NCBI GenBank assembly: GCA_031416315.1
Contig: JANOTL010000109.1
Span: 1-64,000 of the forward strand
Origin: Pseudomonadota bacterium
GTDB taxonomy: Bacteria; Bdellovibrionota_B; Oligoflexia; Oligoflexales; CAIYRB01
Length of the DNA stretch: 64,000 nucleotides
Direction: 5' to 3'
The notes beneath the pieces were generated by a model. It saw only the letters and a program-made list of their open reading frames with translations. It was not told the origin of the DNA and made no database searches. Positions 44,266-53,550 of this stretch are shown here, piece by piece (position 1 is the first letter of the stretch; each line of letters starts with the position of its first letter). Position numbers and translations under genes: made by a program.

Positions 44266-45241
44266 GCTTTTTTTCCCACTCGTAAGCGTGCTTCGCGATC
44301 ACCTCGAGGTCTGCGAAGCGCGGCTTCCAGCCCAGGACTCGGCCGATTTTCGAGCAGTCGGCGAGGATCGAGGCGACGTCGCCCGGCCTTCGCGGGCCGC
44401 TCGTGACTTGGAGCTTCCGCCCCGTGGCGCGCTCGATCGCAGCGAGCACTTCCTTCACGCTCGCGCCTTTGCCGTAGCCGCAGTTGAAGGCGTCGCTTTC
44501 GCCACCCGCGCGAAGATACGCGAGGGCCGCGAGGTGGGCGTCGGCCAAATCCTCGACGTGCACGTAGTCTCTGATGCAGGTGCCGTCGCGCGTCGCATAG
44601 TCCTCGCCGTAGACGGTGACGCCCGCGCGTTTCCCGGCGGCCGCCTCGGCGGCGATCTTGTAGAGGTGGACCGCCACCTTCGAGCGCTGCCCGAGGCTCA
44701 AGCCCGGCTCGGCGCCGGCGACGTTGAAATAGCGCAGGACCACGTACTTCAGGCCCGTCTGCGCGGCGAAATCCATGAGGATGCGCTCGCTCATCACCTT
44801 CGACCAGCCGTAGGGGCTCGCGGGATTGGGGCGGTCGCTCTCGAGGACCGCGCGATCGCCGCAGTCACCGTACGTGGCGCAGGTCGAGGAGAAGACGAGG
44901 CGCCCGACCTTGGCGGCTTTCACCGCCTCCATCACCGAGAGCATCCCCGTGGTGTTGACGCGGTAGTATTTCCCGGGATCGCGAACCGACTCGGGGACGC
45001 TGAGCACGCCGGCGAAATGAGCGACCGCCGAGATCGCGTGCTTTTTCATGATCTCGGTGAGCGCACCGGTGTCGTTGACGTCCAGCTGATAGAAGGGCGC
45101 CTCGGAGACGAGGTTCTCGCGGAAGCCGGTGGTGAGGTCGTCGACGACCACGACACGGCCGCCGCGCGCGGTCAGAAGACGTGCGAAGTGGGAGCCGATG
45201 TAGCCGGCTCCGCCCGTCACCAATACTGCTTGCTCCGTCAA
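44258..45241 (-). CDS. galE: UDP-glucose 4-epimerase
   Basis: TGGAGYIGSH, YGWSK, LRYFNVAGA, DGTCIRDYVHV. Confidence 0.93.
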   Translation of the reverse strand: MTEQAVLVTGGAGYIGSHFARLLTARGGRVVVVDDLTTGFRENLVSEAPFYQLDVNDTGALTEIMKKHAISAVAHFAGVLSVPESVRDPGKYYRVNTTGMLSVMEAVKAAKVGRLVFSSTCATYGDCGDRAVLESDRPNPASPYGWSKVMSERILMDFAAQTGLKYVVLRYFNVAGAEPGLSLGQRSKVAVHLYKIAAEAAAGKRAGVTVYGEDYATRDGTCIRDYVHVEDLADAHLAALAYLRAGGESDAFNCGYGKGASVKEVLAAIERATGRKLQVTSGPRRPGDVASILADCSKIGRVLGWKPRFADLEVIAKHAYEWEKKLT

Positions 45242-45279
45242 GGTCGCCTCGTGTTAGCTTGATCTCGGAGGATACCATA

Positions 45280-47550
45280 GTGCCACGCGATCAAAGAGGG
45301 ACGGGGCCGGAGGCGCCGGCGTTCGGACGCTCGGTGCCGCGCCGCGAAGGCCGCGCCAAGCTCGAAGGCCGCGGCGAGTACGTCGACGATCTCGTGCTTC
45401 CCGACATGTGGTTCGGCGCGACGATCCGCAGCCGGGTCGCGCGCGGGAAGATCGAGGAGATCGTCTTCGCGAAGGACGTGCCCTGGGACGAATACGTGAT
45501 CGTCACCGCGCGCGACATTCCGGGGAAGAACTCCGTGCTGCTCCTCTTGGAGGACCAGCCGTACCTGGCCGACGGCGTCGTCAATCATCCCGAAGAGGCC
45601 GTCCTCCTCGTCGCCCATCCGGACCGCCATGCCCTCGAGCGCGCGCGTCGCGGCATCGAAATCCGGACCTCCCCTTTGCCGCCGCTCTTCGACCTCGAGG
45701 ACTCGCTCGCCAAGAAGCTCGTCATCTGGGGCGAGGACAACGTCTTCAAGGCGATCGACATCGTCAAGGGCGACGTCGATTCGGCCTTCCGCGACCCGAG
45801 CCTCGTGGTCGTCGAAGGCGTCTATCACACCGGCGCGCAGGAGCAGCTTTACATCGAGCCTAATGGCGTGATCGCCGCTTACGACGCGAAAGAAGGCGTC
45901 ACGGTTTGGGGCTCGCTGCAGTGTCCATATTACGTTCACAAGGCGCTGAAGCCGCTCTTCGGCTTGAGCCCCGATAAGATCCGGGTCATCCAGATGGAGA
46001 CCGGCGGCGGTTTCGGCGGCAAGGAAGAGTATCCGTCGATGATCGCCGGTCACGCCGCGCTCCTCGCCTACAAAGCGAACAAGCCGGTGAAGCTCATCTA
46101 CGACCGAGCCGAGGACATGGTGGCCACGACCAAGCGCCACCCTTCGCGCACGCGCCATCGCACCGCCGTCACGAAGGCCGGGAAGCTGGTCGCGATGGAC
46201 ATCGACTTCGCGCTCGACGGCGGCGCCTACGCCACGCTCTCCGCCGTCGTGCTTTCGCGCGGCGCGATCCACGCAGGCGGCGCCTACGAATGCCCGAACG
46301 TGCGCATCAAGGCGCGCGCCGTCGCGACCAACCATCCTCCGCACGGCGCATTCCGGGGCTTCGGCGCGCCGCAGTCGATCTTCGCGGTCGAGCGGCAGCT
46401 CGACCTGGTGGCGAAGACGCTCGGCATGAGCCCGGAGGCGCTGCGTCGCGCCAACTTCCTCCAGCGCGGCGGCCATACGGCGACGATTCAGGAAGTGAAG
46501 GAAGATCCCGAGCTCGACCGCCTGATGCAGCGTGCCTTCGAGCTGAGCGGCTACGCGCAAAAGCGCCCAGCGCTGACGGCACAAAACGCCGCGGCGAAAA
46601 CCGGGCGCATCCGCAAGGGCATAGGCTTCGCCTCGTTCATGCACGGCGCCGGATTCACGGGCTCCGGAGAGAAGCTCCTCGGCTCCGAGGCGGCGGTCGA
46701 GGCCACGCCGGATGGCCGCGTGCGGGTGCTCGCGGCGAGCACCGAGATCGGTCAGGGGACCAACACGGTCTTCGCCCAAATCGTCGCCGACGCCCTCGGT
46801 CTGCCTTACGACGCCGTCGAAGTCGCGCAGCCCGACACGAAATTCGTGCCCGACAGCGGCCCGACCGTCGCCTCGCGCACGGTGATGGTCGTCGGCAAGC
46901 TCGTCGAGAACGCGGCGAAAGGGCTGAAAGGCACTCTGCGCGAGGCCGGCCTTCTCGAAGACGTCTACGACCACGCGGCGTTTCGCACCGCCTGCGGCGC
47001 CTACCTCGCCAAGCACGCCGCCTTGAAATCGGTCGCGAAGTACCAACAGCCGACCGGGATCGTCTGGGACGACAAAAAGTATCTGGGCGACGCCTACGCT
47101 ACGTTCGCCTGGGCGGTTTACGTCGCGGAGGTGTCGATCGATCTGGATACGTATGCGACCACCGTCGACGACTTCTGGGCGATCCAGGAGGCCGGGCGGA
47201 TCGTGCACCCGATCCTGGCCGCGGGCCAGATCGAAGGCGGCGTGGCGCAAGGCGTCGGCTTCGCGCTCTACGAGGGCGTCGTTTGGAAAGAGGGCCGCAT
47301 GGCCAACGCCAGCATGACGAACTACATCGTGCCGACCGCGGTCGACGCGCCGCGCATCCACGTCGAGTTCGTTGAGAAGGACGCGCCTTACGGCCCCGGT
47401 CGCGGCGCCAAGGGCATCGGGGAGTTGCCGATGGACGGCGCCGCCCCGGCGATCGCTGCGGCGATGGAGCACGCGCTCGGCATCGCTGTGACCCGCGTGC
47501 CCTGCCTTCCGGAAGATCTGTTCGCGCTGCTGGAAGGGGGAAGGTCATGA
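45280..47550 (+). CDS. Xanthine dehydrogenase family molybdopterin-binding large subunit
   Basis: GTG after GGAGG; GGGFGGK, AFRGFGAPQ, EIGQG, GQIEGG, KGIGE. Confidence 0.92.
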   Translation: MPRDQRGTGPEAPAFGRSVPRREGRAKLEGRGEYVDDLVLPDMWFGATIRSRVARGKIEEIVFAKDVPWDEYVIVTARDIPGKNSVLLLLEDQPYLADGVVNHPEEAVLLVAHPDRHALERARRGIEIRTSPLPPLFDLEDSLAKKLVIWGEDNVFKAIDIVKGDVDSAFRDPSLVVVEGVYHTGAQEQLYIEPNGVIAAYDAKEGVTVWGSLQCPYYVHKALKPLFGLSPDKIRVIQMETGGGFGGKEEYPSMIAGHAALLAYKANKPVKLIYDRAEDMVATTKRHPSRTRHRTAVTKAGKLVAMDIDFALDGGAYATLSAVVLSRGAIHAGGAYECPNVRIKARAVATNHPPHGAFRGFGAPQSIFAVERQLDLVAKTLGMSPEALRRANFLQRGGHTATIQEVKEDPELDRLMQRAFELSGYAQKRPALTAQNAAAKTGRIRKGIGFASFMHGAGFTGSGEKLLGSEAAVEATPDGRVRVLAASTEIGQGTNTVFAQIVADALGLPYDAVEVAQPDTKFVPDSGPTVASRTVMVVGKLVENAAKGLKGTLREAGLLEDVYDHAAFRTACGAYLAKHAALKSVAKYQQPTGIVWDDKKYLGDAYATFAWAVYVAEVSIDLDTYATTVDDFWAIQEAGRIVHPILAAGQIEGGVAQGVGFALYEGVVWKEGRMANASMTNYIVPTAVDAPRIHVEFVEKDAPYGPGRGAKGIGELPMDGAAPAIAAAMEHALGIAVTRVPCLPEDLFALLEGGRS

Positions 47551-48029
47551 GCTCGATCGACCTCGTCGTCAACGGGGAGAAGCGCCGCGTCGAGGCACGG
47601 CCGATGGAGCGCCTTCTCGATGTCCTGCGCGAGGAGCTGCGCCTCACCGGCACGAAGGAAGGCTGTGGCGAAGGAGAATGCGGCGCTTGCAGCGTCCTGC
47701 TCGACGGCCGCCTCGTGAACAGCTGCTTGATCCCGGTCTTGCAAGCCGAGGGCGCCGACGTGCGCACGATCGAGGGCGTCGAGAAGACGCCGACCGGCAA
47801 AGCCTTGCAAGACGCGTTTCTGGCCTGCGGCGGCGCGCAATGCGGGATCTGCACGCCGGGCATGGTTCTGGCGGCCGTCTACCTCCTGGACAAGAACCCG
47901 CGGCCGACAGGCGAAGAGATTCGCGACGGCCTTGCGGGCAACATCTGCCGTTGCACCGGCTACACCAAGATCTTCGACTCCGTCGCAGCCGCGGCGAAGG
48001 CGCTCCACGACGAAGGAAGCACCCGGTGA
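47547..48029 (+). CDS. 2x[2Fe-2S] small subunit
   Basis: GCGEGECGAC, QCGICTPG, GNICRCTGY. Confidence 0.95.
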   Translation: MSSIDLVVNGEKRRVEARPMERLLDVLREELRLTGTKEGCGEGECGACSVLLDGRLVNSCLIPVLQAEGADVRTIEGVEKTPTGKALQDAFLACGGAQCGICTPGMVLAAVYLLDKNPRPTGEEIRDGLAGNICRCTGYTKIFDSVAAAAKALHDEGSTR

Positions 48030-48895
48030 GGGGCGCTCCGGGAGACGTCGAGCTTCGACAGCCGCAGGGCCTCGCGGCCGTGCTGGCGCTGCTCGCCGCG
48101 GAGCCGGGCGTGTGGACGCCGCTCGCCGGCGGCACCGACGTCATGGTGCAGTACGAGGCGGGCCAGCTCGCCGCGAAGAAGCTCCTGAGCCTGGCGCGGG
48201 TGCCAGAGCTCTTGGGCGTGCGCACGACCGCAACCGGGATCGAGATCGGCGCGCTCGCGACCTACATGGAGATTCAAGAGCACGACGTCGTGCGGCAGGA
48301 ATTCCCGAGCCTTGCCGCCGCCGGCGCCGAGACGGGCGGCGTCGCCATCCAGAATCGCGGCACGCTCGGCGGCAACATCGCCAATGCCTCGCCGGCCGCC
48401 GATTCGCCGCCCGCGCTCCTGACCTACGACGCTGAGATCGAGCTCGTGTCGACCCACGGCACGCGCCGGGTTCCCTACGCCACGTTTCATCTCGGCTACA
48501 AGAAGACCGCGATGCGTCCCGACGAGCTGATCCGCGCCGTCCATTTGCCGCGTCGTGCGAAGGCGGCGCCGACTCTCGTGCATCATTACCGCAAGGTCGG
48601 CACGCGCAAAGCGCAGGCGATCTCGAAAGTCGTCTTCGCCGCGACCGCGTGGCGCGAAGGCGCGATCCTGCGCGACGTGCGTCTCGCCTTCGGCAGCGTC
48701 GCCGCAACGACGGTGCGCGCGCGGGCGGCGGAGGCCGCGCTCGAAGGTCGTGCGCTCGACGTGAAGACGGTCAGTGCCGCAATCGCGGCTCTGGGCCAAG
48801 ACGTCCAGCCGATCGACGACATCCGCTCCACCGGCCCCTTTCGCCGCCAGGTCGCCGCGCATCTTTTGCGCGGCTTCCTCGACCGCCTCGCATGA
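48026..48895 (+). CDS. FAD-binding medium subunit
   Basis: AGGTD, IQNRGTLGGNIANASPAAD, PIDDIRS; GTGA overlap with the upstream gene. Confidence 0.92.
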   Translation: MRGAPGDVELRQPQGLAAVLALLAAEPGVWTPLAGGTDVMVQYEAGQLAAKKLLSLARVPELLGVRTTATGIEIGALATYMEIQEHDVVRQEFPSLAAAGAETGGVAIQNRGTLGGNIANASPAADSPPALLTYDAEIELVSTHGTRRVPYATFHLGYKKTAMRPDELIRAVHLPRRAKAAPTLVHHYRKVGTRKAQAISKVVFAATAWREGAILRDVRLAFGSVAATTVRARAAEAALEGRALDVKTVSAAIAALGQDVQPIDDIRSTGPFRRQVAAHLLRGFLDRLA

Positions 48896-49677
48896 GCGCC
48901 GAATGGGACTGGCTCGAGAAGGCGGCCGAGCTCAAGCGCTTGCGCGAGGTCTTCGTCGTCGTCACCTTGATCGCGGTCAAGGGCTCGACGCCGCGCGCCC
49001 CGGGCGCGAAGCTCCTGGTGCTCCCCGACGGCCGATTCTTCGGTACGATCGGCGGCGGCCAGCTCGAGCATCTTTTGATCGAGGATGCGAAAAAAGCCTT
49101 GCACGACGCGAAGGCCGGGCCCTCGAGCTATCCCTTGTGCTTCCGGACCGGCCAATGTTGCGGCGGCGCCGTCGACGCGTTCTTCGAGATCGTCGGCTTG
49201 GGCCCCGAGCTCTACGTATTCGGCGGCGGCCACGTCGGCCAGGCGCTGAAAGAGACCCTGGTCGGAACGCCCTTCGCGGTCGAGCTCGTCGATTCGCGCG
49301 CGGAATGGGTCGCGCGGCCGCTGGATCCTCTCCAGTTTCTGGAGACGGCGCGCTGGGATCGTGAGCGAACCTACGCGCTCGTCATGACGCACGACCACGC
49401 TCTTGACCTGGCGCTCGTTGCCGCGCTCGTGACGAAGCCAGCACGCTTCATCGGGCTGATCGGTAGCGCGACGAAGTGGGACCGTTTCCAGCAGCGCCTG
49501 AAGGCGATGGGCGTCGGACCGGACGCGATTCAGCGCGTCCATTGTCCGATCGGCGTCGGCGACCTCGGCAAGGCGCCGCGCGAGGTCGCGATCAGCGCGG
49601 CGGCGCAGCTTCTCGCGGTCCATCACGAGACGGCGATTGGCGGCTTCGAGCGCCCGGGTTTGGTGCCGACGCGGTGA
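48892..49677 (+). CDS. xdhC: Moco insertion chaperone XdhC
   Basis: GSTPR, GTIGGG, CCGG, FGGGHVG, MTHDH, GLIGS. Confidence 0.9.
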   Translation: MSAEWDWLEKAAELKRLREVFVVVTLIAVKGSTPRAPGAKLLVLPDGRFFGTIGGGQLEHLLIEDAKKALHDAKAGPSSYPLCFRTGQCCGGAVDAFFEIVGLGPELYVFGGGHVGQALKETLVGTPFAVELVDSRAEWVARPLDPLQFLETARWDRERTYALVMTHDHALDLALVAALVTKPARFIGLIGSATKWDRFQQRLKAMGVGPDAIQRVHCPIGVGDLGKAPREVAISAAAQLLAVHHETAIGGFERPGLVPTR

Positions 49678-49806
49678 AACGACGCAGAGGCGGTCGCGTC
49701 ACTAAGTTGTGCCAAGGTCTCATTTTGTGACCGTGCCCGACGCGCGTCGCGGCAAGGCGCAGCCGTCTTGTTGAGGACTTGCGCGTGCGCCGCGCCTTGC
49801 CAACAG

Positions 49807-49823
49807 CTGGCATCGTCCTTGCT
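49807..49823 (+). promoter_or_regulatory. Candidate sigma-54 (-24/-12) promoter
   Basis: CTGGCATCGTCCTTGCT: GG-N10-GC with TGGCA and TTGCT context, in a non-coding gap. Confidence 0.6.
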
Positions 49824-49950
49824 CATGGAGCCTTATCCCGCCCTTGGATGGCGGCTTTTCGGCTTCGGACGCCCGGCTTTTCGCGATACCCGGCCGATCC
49901 GTTGAAGGGCGCCTCGTGCGCCCTTTGCCGTTCTGGGGCAAACTGCGCCG

Positions 49951-50580
49951 ATGCACACGCCCGCTCCGACCCCCTCGCTAGTCTTGCTCGCCGCTGGTCG
50001 CTCTTCCCGAATGGGCAGGCCGAAAGCCTGGCTCGAGGTCGAGCCGGGCTTGCCGCTCGTGGCCTGGCAGATGCGCCAGTTTCGCGCGACTGGCGGCGGC
50101 TCGGTCGTCGTCGTCCTCGGGAGCGAGCCGGACCCGGCGCAGCGAGCGTCCCTCGGCGACGCGACGGTCGTCGTCAACGAGCACAGCGAGCAGGGGCCGT
50201 TCGCATCGCTTCAGCTTGGTCTCCGCGCGACCGAGGGCGGTGCGGCGTTCGTCCTTCCCGTCGACGTGCCGGTGCTCGATCCGAGCCTCTTCGTGGCGCT
50301 GGCGCACGCCCTGCAGCCGGGTTTGGCCGCGGTCGTCCCCCGCCACGGCGGCCGCGGGGGCCATCCCGTGCTCGTCACCGCAGCCTTCGCCGCCGAGCTT
50401 TTGGCGCTTTCGGTCGAGGCGCCGGAAGCCCGCCTCGACCATGCCCTGCGGCGCCTGCCGCCGGCAGCGCTCGGGAGCCTTGCCGTCGCGAGCCCGTCGA
50501 CCCTCGTAAACCTCAATGATTCTAAGGCCTGGGAGACCTTCATGAATTCGCGGGACGGCGGCGTCGGGTCTGTACTATAG
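49951..50580 (+). CDS. mocA: Molybdenum cofactor cytidylyltransferase-like nucleotidyltransferase
   Basis: LAAGRSSRMG.PK, PVDVP, GGHPV, NLN; next to the xdh operon. Confidence 0.75.
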   Translation: MHTPAPTPSLVLLAAGRSSRMGRPKAWLEVEPGLPLVAWQMRQFRATGGGSVVVVLGSEPDPAQRASLGDATVVVNEHSEQGPFASLQLGLRATEGGAAFVLPVDVPVLDPSLFVALAHALQPGLAAVVPRHGGRGGHPVLVTAAFAAELLALSVEAPEARLDHALRRLPPAALGSLAVASPSTLVNLNDSKAWETFMNSRDGGVGSVL

Positions 50581-50612
50581 GTTCCCGAACTTTTTCTTCG
50601 GGGATATCTCGT

Positions 50613-51041
50613 ATGGCGCCCATCGGCATCGCCTTAGCTTTCGTCTTCGCCGCCGGCGTCGTGTCGGCCAACGATCGCTTCGAGCCGCTCGGTCTCGTCT
50701 GCAAGCTGCCTGAGGGCGGCGAGATCATCCTCGCGCCGATCGCGGCGCAGCCGACCCATCGTCCGCCGACGCCGGCCGGCTACGGGCAAACCCTATACGG
50801 CTTGAGCATCGCCTCGAAATTGCTGGCGAACGACCTCTTTTGTCGCTTGCCGCGCGACGCGCGCGAGCCCGCGACCACGAACTACTGCGCGCGCTTCGAC
50901 TCGCGCGGCAAGATCTTGGGCGCCGTCGCCACGTTTCCTCACGACAAGCTCCTCGACCTCGTGACGGATCTCGACGGCATCAGCTCTTACGTCGTGCCCC
51001 TTCGCAACTGCGCGGCGAAGCGGATTCACCTTCCGCGGTAG
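50613..51041 (+). CDS. Hypothetical secreted protein
   Basis: Hydrophobic signal-like N-terminus; four Cys. Confidence 0.55.
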   Translation: MAPIGIALAFVFAAGVVSANDRFEPLGLVCKLPEGGEIILAPIAAQPTHRPPTPAGYGQTLYGLSIASKLLANDLFCRLPRDAREPATTNYCARFDSRGKILGAVATFPHDKLLDLVTDLDGISSYVVPLRNCAAKRIHLPR

Positions 51042-51102
51042 TCGCAAATCAGTATAGTGGCGGCACCCCTCCCAAGCCACGAGAACACATAAAGGTGCCG
51101 CC

Positions 51103-53190
51103 ATGAGAAAGCTCAAGCTTTGGGTTATGCCTGCGCTCGCGTGGGCGCTGATGGGCGCGGATCATTGCCGCTTCGCCGGGGAGCCCGTCACCAGCGATCA
51201 AATCAACCTGCGCAAAGTCGCAGGCGGTTTCACGCGCCCGGTCGCCGTCGCCTTCCCGAACGATCGCACCGGCTCTTACTACCTCGTCGAGCAGCGAGGC
51301 GTCGTGAAGCTCGTCGACGCCGCCGGCGCCTCGCGCGTCGCCCTCGATTGGCGCACGCACGTCGACGACGGCGGCAACGAGATGGGCCTCCTCGGCTTGG
51401 CCTTGCACCCGCAGTTCCTGACCAACCGCCGCGTCTTCGTCAACTACACGCACACCGTGCGCGGCCAACTGAAGTCTCGCGTCGCCGAGGTGAAGGCGCG
51501 GGCCGACGGCACGCTCGACGGCGCCAGCGAGCAGACGATCCTCGAGTTCGACCAGCCGTTTTCGAACCACAACGGCGGGCACGTCGCGTTCGGCCCCGAC
51601 GGCATGCTCTACATCGGCACGGGCGACGGCGGCAGCGCCAACGACCCGCAAGGCAACGGGCAGAGTCTCCGCACCTTCCTCGCCAAGATGCTGCGGATTG
51701 ATGTCGACCATGGCGCGCCATATGTGGTGCCGGCCGACAATCCGCGCTGGGACGACGCCAGCGCCAAGCGCGAGATCTGGGCCAATGGTCTGCGCAACCC
51801 GTGGCGCTACAGCTTCGACAAGGTCACGGGCGAGCTCTGGGCCGGCGACGTCGGCCAGAACGCGTCCGAAGAGATCGACGTCGTCGAGAAGGGCAAGAAC
51901 TACGGCTGGAACACGATGGAAGGCACGCGCTGCTTTCGCACGGCGAATTGCAGCCAGGCGGGGCTTTCGCTCCCGGTCGCCGAATATCCGCGCTCGGAGG
52001 GCGCCTCCGTCACCGGCGGCTACGTCTACCGCGGCGCAGAGGTTCCCGATCTCGTCGGCGCCTACCTTTACGCGGACTACGTCAGCGGCAACATTTGGGC
52101 GCTGCGCCGCGAGAACGGCCGCGTGACCAGCAACAAGAAGATCCTGCCGAGCGGCCTCAACGTCTCGTCCTTCGGCGAGGACTCGGTCGGTGAGATGTAC
52201 CTCCTCGATCATACGAACGGCGACGTCTACCGCATCGCGCCGCCGAACCGCCGCGCGGAGGCGCCATTTCCGCGGACGCTGAGCGAGACGGGCTGCTTCG
52301 CCAGCCTCGCGCCGCTCGTTCCCGCCGCCGGGGTCACGCCGTTTCGGGTCTCTTCGGAGCTCTGGTCGGACGGCGCCGTCAAGCAGCGATTCGTCTACGT
52401 GCCCGAAGGCAACGCCAAGATCCCGTTCCGCGCCGAGGGCGGCTTCGCCGTCCCGGAAGGCACCGTCTTTTTGAAGAGCTTCGCCATCCCCGAAGTGGGC
52501 GGCTCGGCGCCGATCGAGACGCGCGTCCTCGTGAAGAAAGCGGGCCGGTACGTCGGCTACACGTATCGGTGGAACGCGGAGCATACCGACGCGCATCTCC
52601 TTTCGGGCGCGGCGACGCAAAGGACGCGGATCTTCGACGGGCGCGCGGTGGAAGAGTTCGACTACTATTTCCCGAGCCAATCCGACTGCACGCGCTGCCA
52701 CAACAACGCCACGCCGGGCGTCCTGGGCTTCGACCGCGAGCATCTGAACTTCGACGACCAGATCCCCGCGCTCGCGACCGCGGGGATCTTCGAGGCCGGG
52801 ACCGTGCCGCGGGACGTCGCGAGCCTGGGCTACATCCCGGCGATCACGGAGACCTCGGCTGCCATCGACGCGCGGGCGCGCGCTTATCTGCACACGCAGT
52901 GCGCGCATTGCCACACGCCGGAGAACCCGGGCAATCAGGGTGACTTCGATTTGCGGTTTGCGACCTTGCTGCGGGACACGAAGCTTTGCACGGCGGAGCC
53001 GCAGAATGACATGGGCATTGGCGGCGCTAAGATCCTGAAGCCGGGGAGCCCGGACCAGTCGCTTGCCTGGGTGCGTCTCCACACGTTGCAGAAGGACGTG
53101 CGCATGCCGCCTTTGGCTACGAGTCGACGGGATGCTGGGGGGAGCCAGTTGGTGCGGAACTGGATTTCGGGGCTCGCGACCTGTATCTAG
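51103..53190 (+). CDS. PQQ-dependent sugar dehydrogenase (GSDH propeller) fused to a diheme c-type cytochrome domain
   Basis: NHNGG, GDGGS, GLRNPWR, GDVGQ, NYGW, SSFGED; CxxCH motifs CTRCH and CAHCH; RMPPL. Confidence 0.85.
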   Translation: MRKLKLWVMPALAWALMGADHCRFAGEPVTSDQINLRKVAGGFTRPVAVAFPNDRTGSYYLVEQRGVVKLVDAAGASRVALDWRTHVDDGGNEMGLLGLALHPQFLTNRRVFVNYTHTVRGQLKSRVAEVKARADGTLDGASEQTILEFDQPFSNHNGGHVAFGPDGMLYIGTGDGGSANDPQGNGQSLRTFLAKMLRIDVDHGAPYVVPADNPRWDDASAKREIWANGLRNPWRYSFDKVTGELWAGDVGQNASEEIDVVEKGKNYGWNTMEGTRCFRTANCSQAGLSLPVAEYPRSEGASVTGGYVYRGAEVPDLVGAYLYADYVSGNIWALRRENGRVTSNKKILPSGLNVSSFGEDSVGEMYLLDHTNGDVYRIAPPNRRAEAPFPRTLSETGCFASLAPLVPAAGVTPFRVSSELWSDGAVKQRFVYVPEGNAKIPFRAEGGFAVPEGTVFLKSFAIPEVGGSAPIETRVLVKKAGRYVGYTYRWNAEHTDAHLLSGAATQRTRIFDGRAVEEFDYYFPSQSDCTRCHNNATPGVLGFDREHLNFDDQIPALATAGIFEAGTVPRDVASLGYIPAITETSAAIDARARAYLHTQCAHCHTPENPGNQGDFDLRFATLLRDTKLCTAEPQNDMGIGGAKILKPGSPDQSLAWVRLHTLQKDVRMPPLATSRRDAGGSQLVRNWISGLATCI

Positions 53191-53545
53191 ACCCTGGCGC
53201 GAAAGCGCCAGGGTCTATCCCGAGCGGAGCGAGGGATCTCGGCGCTTTCACCTGCGCCGCTGCGTCCCGGCACCATCATGACAGCTCCCGTCGATCAGGA
53301 TTAACGGCACTGATGAGCGCCTCTTTCTTAGCCCGGCTCAAACCCTTGAGCTGTCCTCGGCTTCAATCTGCGGCAACTGACCAGGGTGCAGCGAGCAGGG
53401 AAGGCAAAGGCTGCATGAACAAGCGATCGGGAAATTGCGAGGGAATCCGGCGAGAGCGAGGGTCGCGTGACGGACGTTATGGGTAGCGCCGCGAGATCCC
53501 TCGCTCCGCTCGGGATAGACCCTGGCGCTTTCGCGCTAGGGTCTA
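53188..53545. mobile_element. Small element bounded by ~59-bp inverted repeats, each holding a GAAA-loop palindrome
   Basis: 53188-53246 and 53485-53545 are reverse complements apart from one substitution and a 2-nt indel. Confidence 0.8.
53276..53353 (-). pseudogene. C-terminal remnant of a GIY-YIG (UPF0213-like) nuclease
   Basis: Manual translation QLKGLSRAKKEALISAVNPDRRELS*; in-frame TGA just upstream. Confidence 0.7.
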
Positions 53546-53550
53546 TCTAG

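Noticed and set aside
53188..53545. CRISPR-like repeats
   Set aside because: Only two copies, inverted rather than direct, with no spacers or cas genes.
29442..53550. Integrative element inserted at tRNA-Val
   Set aside because: No adjacent integrase, and I found no duplicated tRNA 3' end by eye.
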